Assembly: GCF_018420025.1 (NCBI RefSeq)
Contig: NZ_JAEDAM010000006.1
Span: 1-26,684, forward strand
From: Candidatus Vampirococcus lugosii
GTDB taxonomy: Bacteria; Patescibacteriota; Gracilibacteria; Absconditabacterales; Absconditicoccaceae
Length of the DNA stretch: 26,684 nt
Direction of reading: 5' to 3'
Shown: positions 9,996-19,990 of the stretch, in pieces
Numbering within the stretch: the stretch's first letter is position 1
Layout: each line of letters opens with the position of its first letter
Program-made: the position numbers and the translations under genes
Notes under the pieces: model-generated
Databases searched by the model: none
Seen by the model: the letters and a program-made list of their open reading frames with translations, nothing else
Told to the model about the DNA's origin: nothing

Positions 9996-10082
9996 CGGTG
10001 AGGGAGGGATTCGAACCCTCGGTTCAGTTTCCCGAACAACTCCTTAGCAGGGAGCCCCATTCGACCGCTCTGGCACCTCACC
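9996..10082 (-). tRNA. tRNA-Ser (GCU anticodon), type II with long variable arm, 87 nt
   Basis: The reverse complement is GGTGAGG-TG-GCC..GGC-..-GCTCC-CTGCTAA-GGAGT-TGTTCGGGAAACTGAACC-GAGGG-TTCGAAT-CCCTC-CCTCACC-G. The acceptor, anticodon and T arms all pair, and the long variable stem is GTTC/GAAC. Confidence 0.9.
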
Positions 10083-10430
10083 TTCAAATCAACATACAAC
10101 CTTTATTAATAAAATACTAATACAAATTATTGTATGGTAATACTTTATAAATATTTTATTAAAAATTTCAATAGCAATTTTTATTTTTTTGTGTAATTAT
10201 ATACAAATATATCTCATTTTTGTAAAATATAAATTTACAAATCTTTGATTTAATTTAAAATTTATGAAATAATAAAAATATTTTATATACCACACAAATC
10301 TTATTTTTAAAACAATTTATTGTTTATTTAATAACAAAATATAATTTCAAAAATAAACATAAAATACTCGCCACTATAAAATAAATTATTTTTTACTCTA
10401 CAAAGATGAGATTAATGTATAAAATATATT

Positions 10431-11915
10431 TTATGGTTCAAATGTTTCTGGATTTTCTCATTCCAATATTTTTCAATATTTATAAACATTATTTTTGTCT
10501 TTTGCATAACTAGTATCTTCTTCAAATACTTCAAATGTTTCTGGATCTGATCAAATTATTTTTTCTCATCTATAATAAACATTATTTTTATCTTTAAACA
10601 TACAATCACTATTTCAAAATTGAGTCTCAAAACATCATATAATTTCAAAGCTTTCTAAATCAATTTGTTCTTTTTTTTCTCAATAATAATAAATATTATT
10701 TTTATCTTTTGTGTATGTATCATTATAAAATCATATTAATCACATAACAAAAAATGTTTCTGGATCTGCTCATTCTATTTTTTCTCAATATCTATAAATA
10801 TTATTTTTATCTTTTGTATATATATAATATTTTATCTCATAATCTTTTACATTTTCAATATATTTTATTAATTCAAAAGTATTTGGATCTGCTCATCTTA
10901 TTTTTTCTGCATTAAAATAAACATTATTTTTATCTTTTGCATAACAATCAAAACCTTTTGAAAAAAAACATTTCACTATAACAAAGCTTTCAATATCTAC
11001 TCAATCCATTTTATATATTGATCTATGATTTCAAAAATAAACATTACTATTATCTTTTGCATATAATCAATCTAAAACCTCAAAAGTATTTGGATCTACT
11101 CATTCTAGCTTTTTACTATAATGAAAAATATTATTTTTATCTTTTACATATCAAGTTTCCAAAATTTCAAAGCTTTCAATATCTACTCATTCTAGTTTAT
11201 TTCTTCAATAATAAATATTACCATCTTCTATATGATAACTACTTGCTAAATCTTTATACAATATAGAAATTTTTTCTGAACTTATATTTTCTATCTTATC
11301 TCATTTTACTTTTGAAACTACTTCATATTTTTCTTTTGTCTTATCTTTAAATTCTAGTATTACATTGAAATTATATTTTTCATCATCTTGCTTTATATTT
11401 TTCACTTCTGTTGATTCTAATTCTTTATACCAAGATTTAAAAGTTTCCAAATCAATATTTGAATTTAATCTCATTTCAAATGCTTTTTCTAATTTTCATT
11501 TTTCTATTAAATTATAATATTCTTTTATCACTTCTTCTTCTAAATTATCATCAGATTTTTGAATTTTCTTCTCTTGAATCTTTAAACTTTCTTCTTCTTT
11601 TTTTTTAATTTCTTTTTCCTCTTGATTTTCTTTTTCACTGTTTTCTATTTTTTCAGTATATTGACTAATTTTTTCTTCTGGTTTTTCAGTTTTAGTTTCA
11701 ATTTCTTTTTCAATACTTTCTATTTTTTCATTATCTTTAATACTTTTTTCATATTCTTCATTTTCATTCATTTCTTTCAAATTTTCATTTTTTTTCTCTT
11801 CCTCAAATTTTCATTCTTCCTTATTTTTTTCTTCTTTATCATTATTTTCTTGTATACATCAATTTAAGTTCAAACTTATTAATCATATAATTATTAATAT
11901 TATTATTTTTTTCAT
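10431..11915 (-). CDS. DKNYY-repeat lipoprotein (494 aa)
   Basis: Minus-strand ATG 11915-11913 to TAA 10433-10431 (1485 nt). The signal/lipobox is MKKIIILIIIGLISLNLNGC, with the Gly before Cys encoded by TGA. A K/E-rich linker follows, then about 7 degenerate ~40-aa repeats of KDKNNVYY.GEKI.GADP.TFE (DKNYY family signature). The repeats are also visible as ~120-nt DNA periodicity across 10440-11250. Confidence 0.85.
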
Positions 11916-12174
11916 CGTTAATTTAATTTAATTTAGTTTATAAAATAATTTTATGGTTCAAATGTTTTAAAATCTTGTATTCATATCGCTATTTTTTTCA
12001 TCTCTTTTATTTTTTAATTTTAAAAAATTTCTTTCATTATATTTTTTTCTTTCACAAAATCAACATTTTTTCCTCGCCCGGGCGGAAATTATACTTGATT
12101 TTTTTTAAAAAAAAGTTATACTTTCAAAACTTTTCATACTTTTCATACTTTTTAAATTAATAAAATATATAGTG

Positions 12175-12471
12175 ATGGAAAATTATATTTGAAATGAAAA
12201 TTATTGAGTTGAAATATTAAGTTCTGTAAAAATTTGATCTAAATGACAAATTGTTATACCAAGTAATATTAGGAAATCTATTTGATTAAAACCTTGAGAT
12301 AATTTAATTATTTGAACCAAATATGATAAACTTGTATGGATAATTAAACCTAGTGATATGCAAGAATTTACAAGTAAAATGGATGAAGAAATTAATAGTA
12401 ATGATTTAAATGATTTTGCTCAAAAAGCTTCAAAAGACTTCAAAGATCGTACAAAGAAATTCATTTCTTAA
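12175..12471 (+). CDS. AbrB/MazE/SpoVT-family DNA-binding protein (98 aa)
   Basis: ATG 12175 to TAA 12469-12471 (six in-frame TGAs). The SpoVT-AbrB looped-hinge motif is VKIGSKGQIVIPSNIRKSIGLKPGDNLII. The gene lies 31 nt upstream of the efflux adaptor gene. Confidence 0.75.
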
Positions 12472-12502
12472 AAAATTTTAATATTAAATTAAACTTACAA
12501 TT

Positions 12503-14620
12503 ATGAAAAAAATACTTTTTATTTTAATTTTTTTATTGTATTTATCTTTATCTTGATGTGTTTCTTTTCTTGATTGAGATGAAGAAGAAGTTGTAAAAGA
12601 AGATAAACCAAAAGCTTTCAAAATTGAAACTATTAGTTTAGATGATTTAAGTTCTATGAATGTTTTCAAAAAAAATTGAAGAGTAGTTTCTACTAACCAA
12701 ATAAATATTAATGCACAAGCAAATGGTAGGATTTCAAATATTTTAGTAAAAGAATGAGATTCTGTTGTCAAAGACCAAAAATTATTAGATATACAAGATG
12801 AAGTTTCAAATTATTGACTTAAACTTCAAAATTCTCAAATTAGTTTACAACAATCTCAATTGGATTATGAACAAACTAAAATTGATTTGGAAAAAAATAT
12901 AAGGGATCTTGAAAGAGTTGTACAACAAAAAGAATTAGATTACGAATCTAAAAAACAAGATCTTGAAAAACAACTTACTCAACAAAAATATGACTTATCT
13001 TTAGGTGATTTGGAAAATGAAAATTCAGTTTCAAGTAAAGAATTAAAAAATCTTGAAAATCAATTGGAAAAATTAAATTTGGAAATATCTAATTTGAAAG
13101 AAAAAAATCAACATGATAATTCAATTTGAAAAAAAGAATTAGAAAATCTAGATAATAGATTAGAAAAATTAAATTTGGAAATATCTAATTTACAAAAATG
13201 AAATCAACAAAGTATAAATAATTTAAAAACAAATTTACAAAATAATTATCAAGATTATATTAATCTACTATCTGATATTAATTATGAAGCTGATATGTTA
13301 TTATGAGTTTCAAATGAAAATAAAAATGCAAATAATTCATTTGAAATTTATTTATGAGCTAGGAATTCAAGTCAAAAAAATAATAGCAAAAATTTACTTA
13401 AAAATAGTATTCAAATTTATAATAAAATAGACAAAAATAATTATCAAAATATAAGTAATGATGAAGTTATAAATAAAGTTAATTATCTTTTGGAACTTAT
13501 TGATTGAAGTATTAATTTAATTAATTCTATTGATACTACTCTAAAAAATTCTACAACTTCTACAACTTTATCTCAAAATAAAATTGATTGATTTATAAAT
13601 AAATTTATATGATTAAGATGAAATGTTCAATCTTTAAAATCCAAAATATCTAATTTTGAAAATGAAGTTGAATCTTTTTTTGAAAATTATCTAAATCAAG
13701 AAGAACTTTTACAAAAAGAAATTGAAAATTTGAATTTACAAAAAAATATTTTGAAAGAGAATTTGAAGCAATCTAACGAAAATTATTTGAATCAAAAAGA
13801 ACTTTTACAAAAAGAAATTGAAAGTTTAAATTTACAAAAAAGTATTTTGGAAAAGAATTTACAAAAATCTTCTTTTTCACAAAAAATTAATATAGATAGA
13901 ACTATTATTAATAAAAAAGAAATAATGGATAATGCCAAAATATCTTTGGATAAAGCAAAAGATGATTTACAAAAAGCAAAACAAGATAAAGAAATTACTT
14001 TACAATCTTTGCAAAATAATATTAAAAATACACAAACACAATTACAAGAAGTTTCTAATCAATTTTCAAAATTGAATGTTAAATCTCCTATTTCATGAAA
14101 AATTTCTTCTGTTCTTGTTGATAATTGACAACAAGTAAATCAAGGTGAAGCTTTATTTGAAATATCGGGGTCTTGATGAAAAGAAATAAGATTATCTTTT
14201 AGAGATTCTGAATTAGACAATATTTATGTTTGAATGAATGTTGAAATTGTTCATAATTGAGAATCTTATATATGAAATATTTATTCTATATCTGATTTAG
14301 CTGATGATAATCTAAATTATACTGCTAGAGTTAGACTTGATAAACAAATAGCTCGTTTATGAAATTTTGTAACTGTGGTAGTTTTTGTAGATGTTTGAAA
14401 ACCTATAATACCAGTTAATGTATTGAATAATATAAAAAATAATCAAGCAAATATTAATTTATATTATGATTGAGATATAAAAACTAAAACTGTTTCCATC
14501 CAAGAAATAATAGGAAATTGAGTAATTATTGAAGATGAAATTGATCCTAAATATTTAATTATAAGTTCTGATATTAGAACATTTAATAAAGATGATCATT
14601 ATATTGTTAATATAAATTAA
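12503..14620 (+). CDS. efflux transporter periplasmic adaptor (membrane-fusion protein, HlyD/RND-MFP family) lipoprotein with a greatly expanded coiled coil (705 aa)
   Basis: ATG 12503 to TAA 14618-14620 joins track ORFs 12860..13129 and 13730..14098 in one frame. The lipobox is MKKILFILIFLLYLSLSGC. The N-terminal lipoyl-like half is INAQANGRISNILVKEGDSVVKDQKLLDI and the matching C-terminal half is VKSPISGKISSVLVDNGQQVNQGEALFEI, followed by beta-barrel/MP-domain-like sequence. Between the halves lie about 430 aa of heptad-like Q/K/E/L/N coiled coil. Confidence 0.8.
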
Positions 14621-14728
14621 TATAAAACTCTTTATCAAAAAATAATTAAGTTTATTTTTAATAAAAACATAAAAAAAGATAATTAAAATTTAATTTAGTA
14701 TAATATATTTATAATTTAATATTTTTTT

Positions 14729-16021
14729 ATGAAAGATTTTGTAAAAAATTTGGAATCAGGCTTTTTTGCTTTTTGGGTAAATAAATATAAAGTTTCTTTT
14801 ATTCTTATATTAGCAGTTTTAATATTGTGAATATGAGCAATTATTCAAATACCAAAAGAAAGTTCTCCAAATATAGAAATACCTATATTACAAATTACTA
14901 CTACTTATCAATGAGTAAATGCTGATGATATAGACTCATTAATAACCGATAAAATAGTAAGATGACTTAATAGTATAAATTGAATTAAACAAATTGATGC
15001 TACAAGTTCTTTATGATTGTCAGTTATTTCTTTGGAACTTAATGATAATATAAATCCTAAAGAAAAATTAATTGATGTACAAGATGAAATAGATAAAATT
15101 TCTTTTCCATCCGATGCTGATGAACCTACTGTAAGCAACATAACAACAGAAAATCAATTAATTTTCAATCTAGTTATTTATTCTCAAATATATTCTCAAG
15201 ATGAATTAAAAGAAAAAGCAAGACAAATTAGAGATAATTTGGAGTGAAAAAATTGATTATCAAAAATTGAAATATTATGAAGTGCAGATTATGAATATAA
15301 AATTAATGTAAAACAATGAATTTTGGATCAAATTTGATTATCAGTTTCAGATATTTGACAAACTATAAGATCTTATGATTCAAATTTTCCATTATGAAAT
15401 TATACTGTTTGAAATTCAGATTATGATTTCAGAATAGATTGAGAATTTGAAGAAATAGATGAAATTATGAATTTAATAGTACATTGACAAGATTCTTCTT
15501 ATGTTAAATTATCAGATATTGCAGATTATCATATAGAATATGAAGACGATAATAAAAGATTTGTTGGTTTACCAGAAAATAATAATATCTACAATTCAGT
15601 AGTTTTATCTTTTGAAAAAAATCAACAAACGGATATATTTAATGCATCTAGTTTTGCTAAATCAGAAATTGAATCTCTTTTTGAAACAAATGATTTTAAT
15701 TGAATAGAATATTTGTATACTTCAGATTTGGCAAGTACAATTATTAAAGATTATAAATCATTAGCAAAAAATTGATGAACAACAGTTTTTTTAGTTTTTA
15801 TTTTATTGTTAATATTTGTTTGATTTAAACAATCACTATTGGCTACTTTAATTTTACCTTTATCTTTTTTTGATTACATTTTTTGTATTAGATGCCTTAT
15901 GATTGACAATGAATTTTTTGACGAACTTTTCTTTAGTTTTGAGTTTTTGAATAGCTATAGATGTTATTATTGTTATCATAGAATGAGCAAGTGAAAAGTT
16001 AAAATTATGATATTCAAATAA
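14729..16021 (+). CDS. RND-family efflux permease, N-terminal segment (frame 2); homology is lost after the T7 run at 15865-15871
   Basis: From ATG 14729 I checked the frame codon by codon and it is open to TAA 16019-16021. RND features: TM1 (VSFILILAVLILGIGAI), a porter domain (IQIPKESSPNIEIPILQITTTYQGVNADDIDSLITDKI) and TM2 (TVFLVFILLLIFVGFKQSLLATLILPLSF). After 15871 this frame encodes non-homologous sequence (DYIFCIRCLMIDNEFF...). Confidence 0.8.
15863..15872 (+). other. frameshift site 1 in the RND gene: tct-ttt-ttt-g (T7 run), where a +1 shift or loss of one T is needed
   Basis: If one T is removed the reading becomes ...LPLSF-L-ITFFVLDALG..., which is continuous RND homology. Frame 0 has a TAA at 15849-15851, so the switch must occur within 15852-15872. 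Confidence 0.8.
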
Positions 16022-17678
16022 AAATGCAATTTTACTTGCTATTAAAGATTTGAATAAACCTATGATTTCATGAGCAGCAACAACATTATGAGCTTTTCTT
16101 CCTCTTATGTTTTTGCCATGAATGTTATGAACATTTTTGGCATACATACCAATTACAGTTTTTTGTATTGTTATTTCAGCTCTTGTTTTATCTCTTACTC
16201 TAAATTCAGCAGTTTTTTATAAATTAAACGGAAATAGTAAATATTATACTCCAAACGAGTTTTCTGAAGATTTACTTAGTGATAATGAAAAAAAAATATT
16301 AGAAAATGATAGAGAATCAAAACAAGTTAAAATATGATTTAAATGATTAAATACAATTGTTTTTGATTGATTAAAAAATTTTTATATTTTATTATTAAAT
16401 TTTATATTAAAATATAGATTCAATAGAATATTAGTTATAATAATTCCATTTTTATTATTAATAATAACCTTTTTCACTATTTCGTCAAAGATATGATTTA
16501 CTATTTTTCCAAATTCTGATACCGATTCTATGCAAATTAATATTGAATGAAAAAAATGACTTACTAGTGATTATATGTTGAAATATACAGAAAATTTTGA
16601 TCAAGTATTTAATAATATTCTTGAAATAAAAGATTATTCATACAATATAAATTGAAATAAAATAAGTATAGATATAAATTTATTATCAGTAGAAAAAAGA
16701 AGAGATTTATGAATGAATAGTGTGTTTGAAGTAGAAAGTAAAATTATAGATAAATTTTCTTATTTAACATTACAATGATTGGAAGTAAAAACTAGTATTC
16801 AATCATGATGACCTCCTAGTGGAAGTCCAGTTTGAGTAAGAATTGTTACGGATGATATAAAATATTTTGATGATTTATTGACAATATCTAAAAAATTTGA
16901 AGATTGGCTTGCTTGACAAGATTCAATATTATCAACAAGTATATCTTCTGATGAACTTCCTTGACAATATGTATTGAAATATAAAGATTTTGCACTTAAT
17001 GAATTTTGATTAAGTCCAGATAGAGTTAGTAATGAAATATTTACTTATCTAAATGGTCAAAATGTTTCTAGTATTAGAAAATGAAAAGATAGTTTTGATG
17101 TAATTATCAAATCAAATAAATTTGGTGATGAAATAAATCCATCAAATATTATGAATATTAATGTATGAAAAGTAAATGTATGAGAAATTGCAGATGTTAG
17201 TTTATGAAGAGCTGTAGATAGTATACAAAGAAGAGATAATGATATAATAGTTAATGTAGATTGAGAATTGAAGAGATGAGAAGAATCAAGAACACAAGAA
17301 ATTCAGTCAAAATTTGTTGAATTTGCAAAAAATTATAATTATCCTGATTGAATATATTTTCAAGAAGCTTGAGAATGACAAGAAAATAAAGAATTAATTG
17401 TTGCAACAATAATTTCATTTATTATTGCTCTTTTGATTATATTTTCAGTATTAGTATTACAATTTGATTCTTATTTACAACCACTTATGATATTGTATTC
17501 AATAGTTATGGCGATGTTATGAGTAAATATTTGACTTTGGGTTACTTGAAATCCTTATAGTATGCCATTTGCTATATGATTTATATCCTTGACTTGAATA
17601 GTTGTAAATAATGCAATAATTCTAATTGATAGAATGAATAATAATTTGGAACAAACAAATAAAAAAAAGATGCAATAA
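15870..17678 (+). CDS. RND-family efflux permease, central segment (frame 0, +1 relative to the first segment)
   Basis: Frame 0 is open from 15852 to TAA 17676-17678 (checked codon by codon). It resumes RND homology right at the T-run: (L)ITFFVLDALGLTMNFLTNFSLVLSFGIAIDVIIVIIEGASEKL...ISGAATTLGAFLPLMFLPG. A second porter domain follows, then TM7-10 (LQPLMILYSIVMAMLGVNIGLWVTGNPYSMPFAIGFISLTGIVVNNAIILIDRMN). Confidence 0.8.
17663..17669 (+). other. frameshift site 2 in the RND gene: A_AAA_AAG heptamer inside an A8 run, where a -1 shift or gain of one A is needed
   Basis: The zero-frame codons are aaa(17664) aag(17667), preceded by a17663. This is the classical X_XXY_YYZ slippery heptamer in the correct phase. 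A -1 slip gives aaa aaa gat gca..., the RND C-terminus. The zero frame stops 3 codons later (17676-17678). Confidence 0.7.
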
Positions 17679-17905
17679 TAGATGCTTGAAGAGCTAGATT
17701 AACACCTATACTATTAACAACTCTGACAACAATATTTGGTATATTACCATTAGCATTGGAAGATGAATTTTGGGCTTGATTGTGATTTACAGTAATATTT
17801 GGTTTAAGTTTTTCTTCAATTATGACATTATTTGTAATTCCAAGTATTTATTATGAATTATTTGTAAATAAGAAAAATAAAAATAAAAATAAAAATAATT
17901 GATAA
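17663..17905 (+). CDS. RND-family efflux permease, C-terminal segment (back in frame 2, -1 relative to the central segment; no start codon of its own)
   Basis: Frame 2 is open from 17663 to TAA 17903-17905. It encodes DAIIDAGRARLTPILLTTLTTIFGILPLALEDEFWAGLGFTVIFGLSFSSIMTLFVIPSIYYELF, the canonical RND TM11-12 end, followed by a K/N tail. Confidence 0.75.
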
Positions 17906-17915
17906 ATTTAAATTT

Positions 17916-17951
17916 ATAGATCTCTAATTATTTTAAGAGATCTATTTTTTT
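17916..17951 (+). terminator. Rho-independent terminator after the RND gene
   Basis: atagatctct (17916-17925), a 10-nt loop, and agagatctat (17936-17945) form a perfect 10-bp stem followed by a T-run. Confidence 0.8.
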
Positions 17952-18036
17952 AAATAATTTAAAATTTTAATTAATATTGACTTATATATATTTTTAATTA
18001 TATAAAATATATATTTATAATATTAACTAAAAAAAT

Positions 18037-19968
18037 ATGGAGTTATGTTCTAATTATATAAAGAAAATTGATGATAAATTATGAAAAGAAAATCCAAAAA
18101 GAGTTTTTTTTACTAATAATTTTTTGAAAAAAATCTCTTCAATACTTCAAAATAATCAAAAATTAGACCAAGCCATAAAATTTAGACTTAAAGCTGTTAA
18201 TCGCTTAAAAGATAAAAAACAAAAAGATCTTATTTTCCAAAATTATAAATTAACTGAATCTGAAAATTTAAATCATAATTTTAAATTATCTAAAAAATAT
18301 TTATGATATATTTTGGAATTAGAAAATTGTAGTGATAATCTAAAAAAATTTATAGAATCAATTCAAGAATTTGATGATATATGAGATAACTTATTAATTA
18401 TTATTTTTAGCAAAAAAGCTAATAAAGAAATTATTAAAAAATCTATCACACATAATCAAAAAATTAATCAAAATAGTTATTTTCAACAAAATAAAAAATA
18501 TTTTTTTTCTTTATTAGATGATGAAGAATTATTAAATGAATATTATAATTTTATAGCAAATTGATTAAGTAAAATCAATCATATTATTAATGAAAATCCT
18601 ATAAATATAAATATTGATGTAATAGATTGTAGTGAATATAATTGAATAGAAAATTTTTTTGAAGAAATTGATTTTAATGCATCAGCTTGACTTAATAAAC
18701 AAAATATAGCAAAAAAATGATTAAATCCAAATCAAAAAACTTCTTGGAATAGACATCTTTTACAAAAAGAAAAACTTATAAATAATGAAGATTTAGAAAA
18801 GCTACAACAAATAAGTATACTTTATATTGATTTTGTTGATGAAATATCAAAAGATCCACAAATTAGAGAAAGATTAAAAAAAGAAATTTGATTAGATGAT
18901 AAATTAGAAGATATTTACTTTGGACAAATGTCAAAAGAACAAGTTTTTCGTATAGATGCTACTTGTTGAGAACATAATTCAATTTATGAATTTGATGATT
19001 TTCCAAGAGGTATTTGAATATCTTATTTACAAGATATTTATAATAAACAAAAATCTTGATGGACTAAACATATTAGAAATATTTTGGAAAATGAAAATGA
19101 TGTTTTTGTTTTTTTGATACATGATGATGCTAGTTGAGCTTGTAAACATGAACATCAAGAAATGACAAGATTTTTGAAAGAAAAAGAATGAATTAATGCC
19201 ATTTTTATTACAAGTAGTGAATTTAAACAAAAAGCTAAATATTCTCAAAACAATGAAGGTATTAGTATAGATTGATATAATATAAAATGAGTTTGGCATC
19301 ATTTAATGATGACAGAACAAACTTGAGAAATATTACCTGAATTAGATAAAAATAATATTAAAATTCTTCCTCATTTTCATGTAAGTTCTCATAAATGAGT
19401 AAATTCAATTCTTTGGGAAAAATATAAAGATTGAACATTAGATGATAAATATTCTTCATTAATTGAAGAATGATTTTTTGCAGAAACAGTTAATATTACT
19501 AATGAAAAACAATGATTTAATTTTAAATGAATAGATTATAAATCTTTAAAAGATTTTTTGGAAAAAAATAATATAGATGAATTAAAAAATGTTGTTATAA
19601 AAATTGTCTGAGCTGAAAATGCTGAATGAGTAACAGTTTTTGCAACATTAACAAAAAAATTATTAAAAGAAAAGAAAAAATCATTATTAAAACATGCAGA
19701 AAAATGATTTGATAAATGAACTAATATACTTCTTCAAGAAAATAAAGCTCATACAGTTTTATCAAGAGCAGTTTATAATTCAAAAGAGGATTATTATGAA
19801 ATATTTGAAGGTAATTTTATTAATAGAATATTTTTTGATTGAAATTGAAATTTTATTTCATGAATTTCACAAATAACAAAATATTCAAATATTGATAAAT
19901 CCGATTGAACAAAAAAAGGTTATTGAACAGCACATTGAATGGTAGATATGACTGTAACTTCTATATAA
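18037..19968 (+). CDS. hypothetical 643-aa protein; the C-terminal ~360 aa resemble an ATP-grasp-type ligase (glutathionylspermidine-synthase-like or circularly permuted ATP-grasp)
   Basis: ATG 18037 to TAA 19966-19968 in one frame with about 35 TGA-Gly codons, absorbing track ORF 18124..18306. The suggestive blocks are VFRIDATCGEHNSIYEFDDFPRGIGISYLQD (compare R.D....g...lE.N..P.G.SY), VFVFLIHDD..ACKHEHQEMTRFL, IKGVWHHLMM and ILPHFHVSSHKGVNSILWE. The family call is by eye only. Confidence 0.6.
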
Positions 19969-19990
19969 TTTATATTATAAATATATTAAA

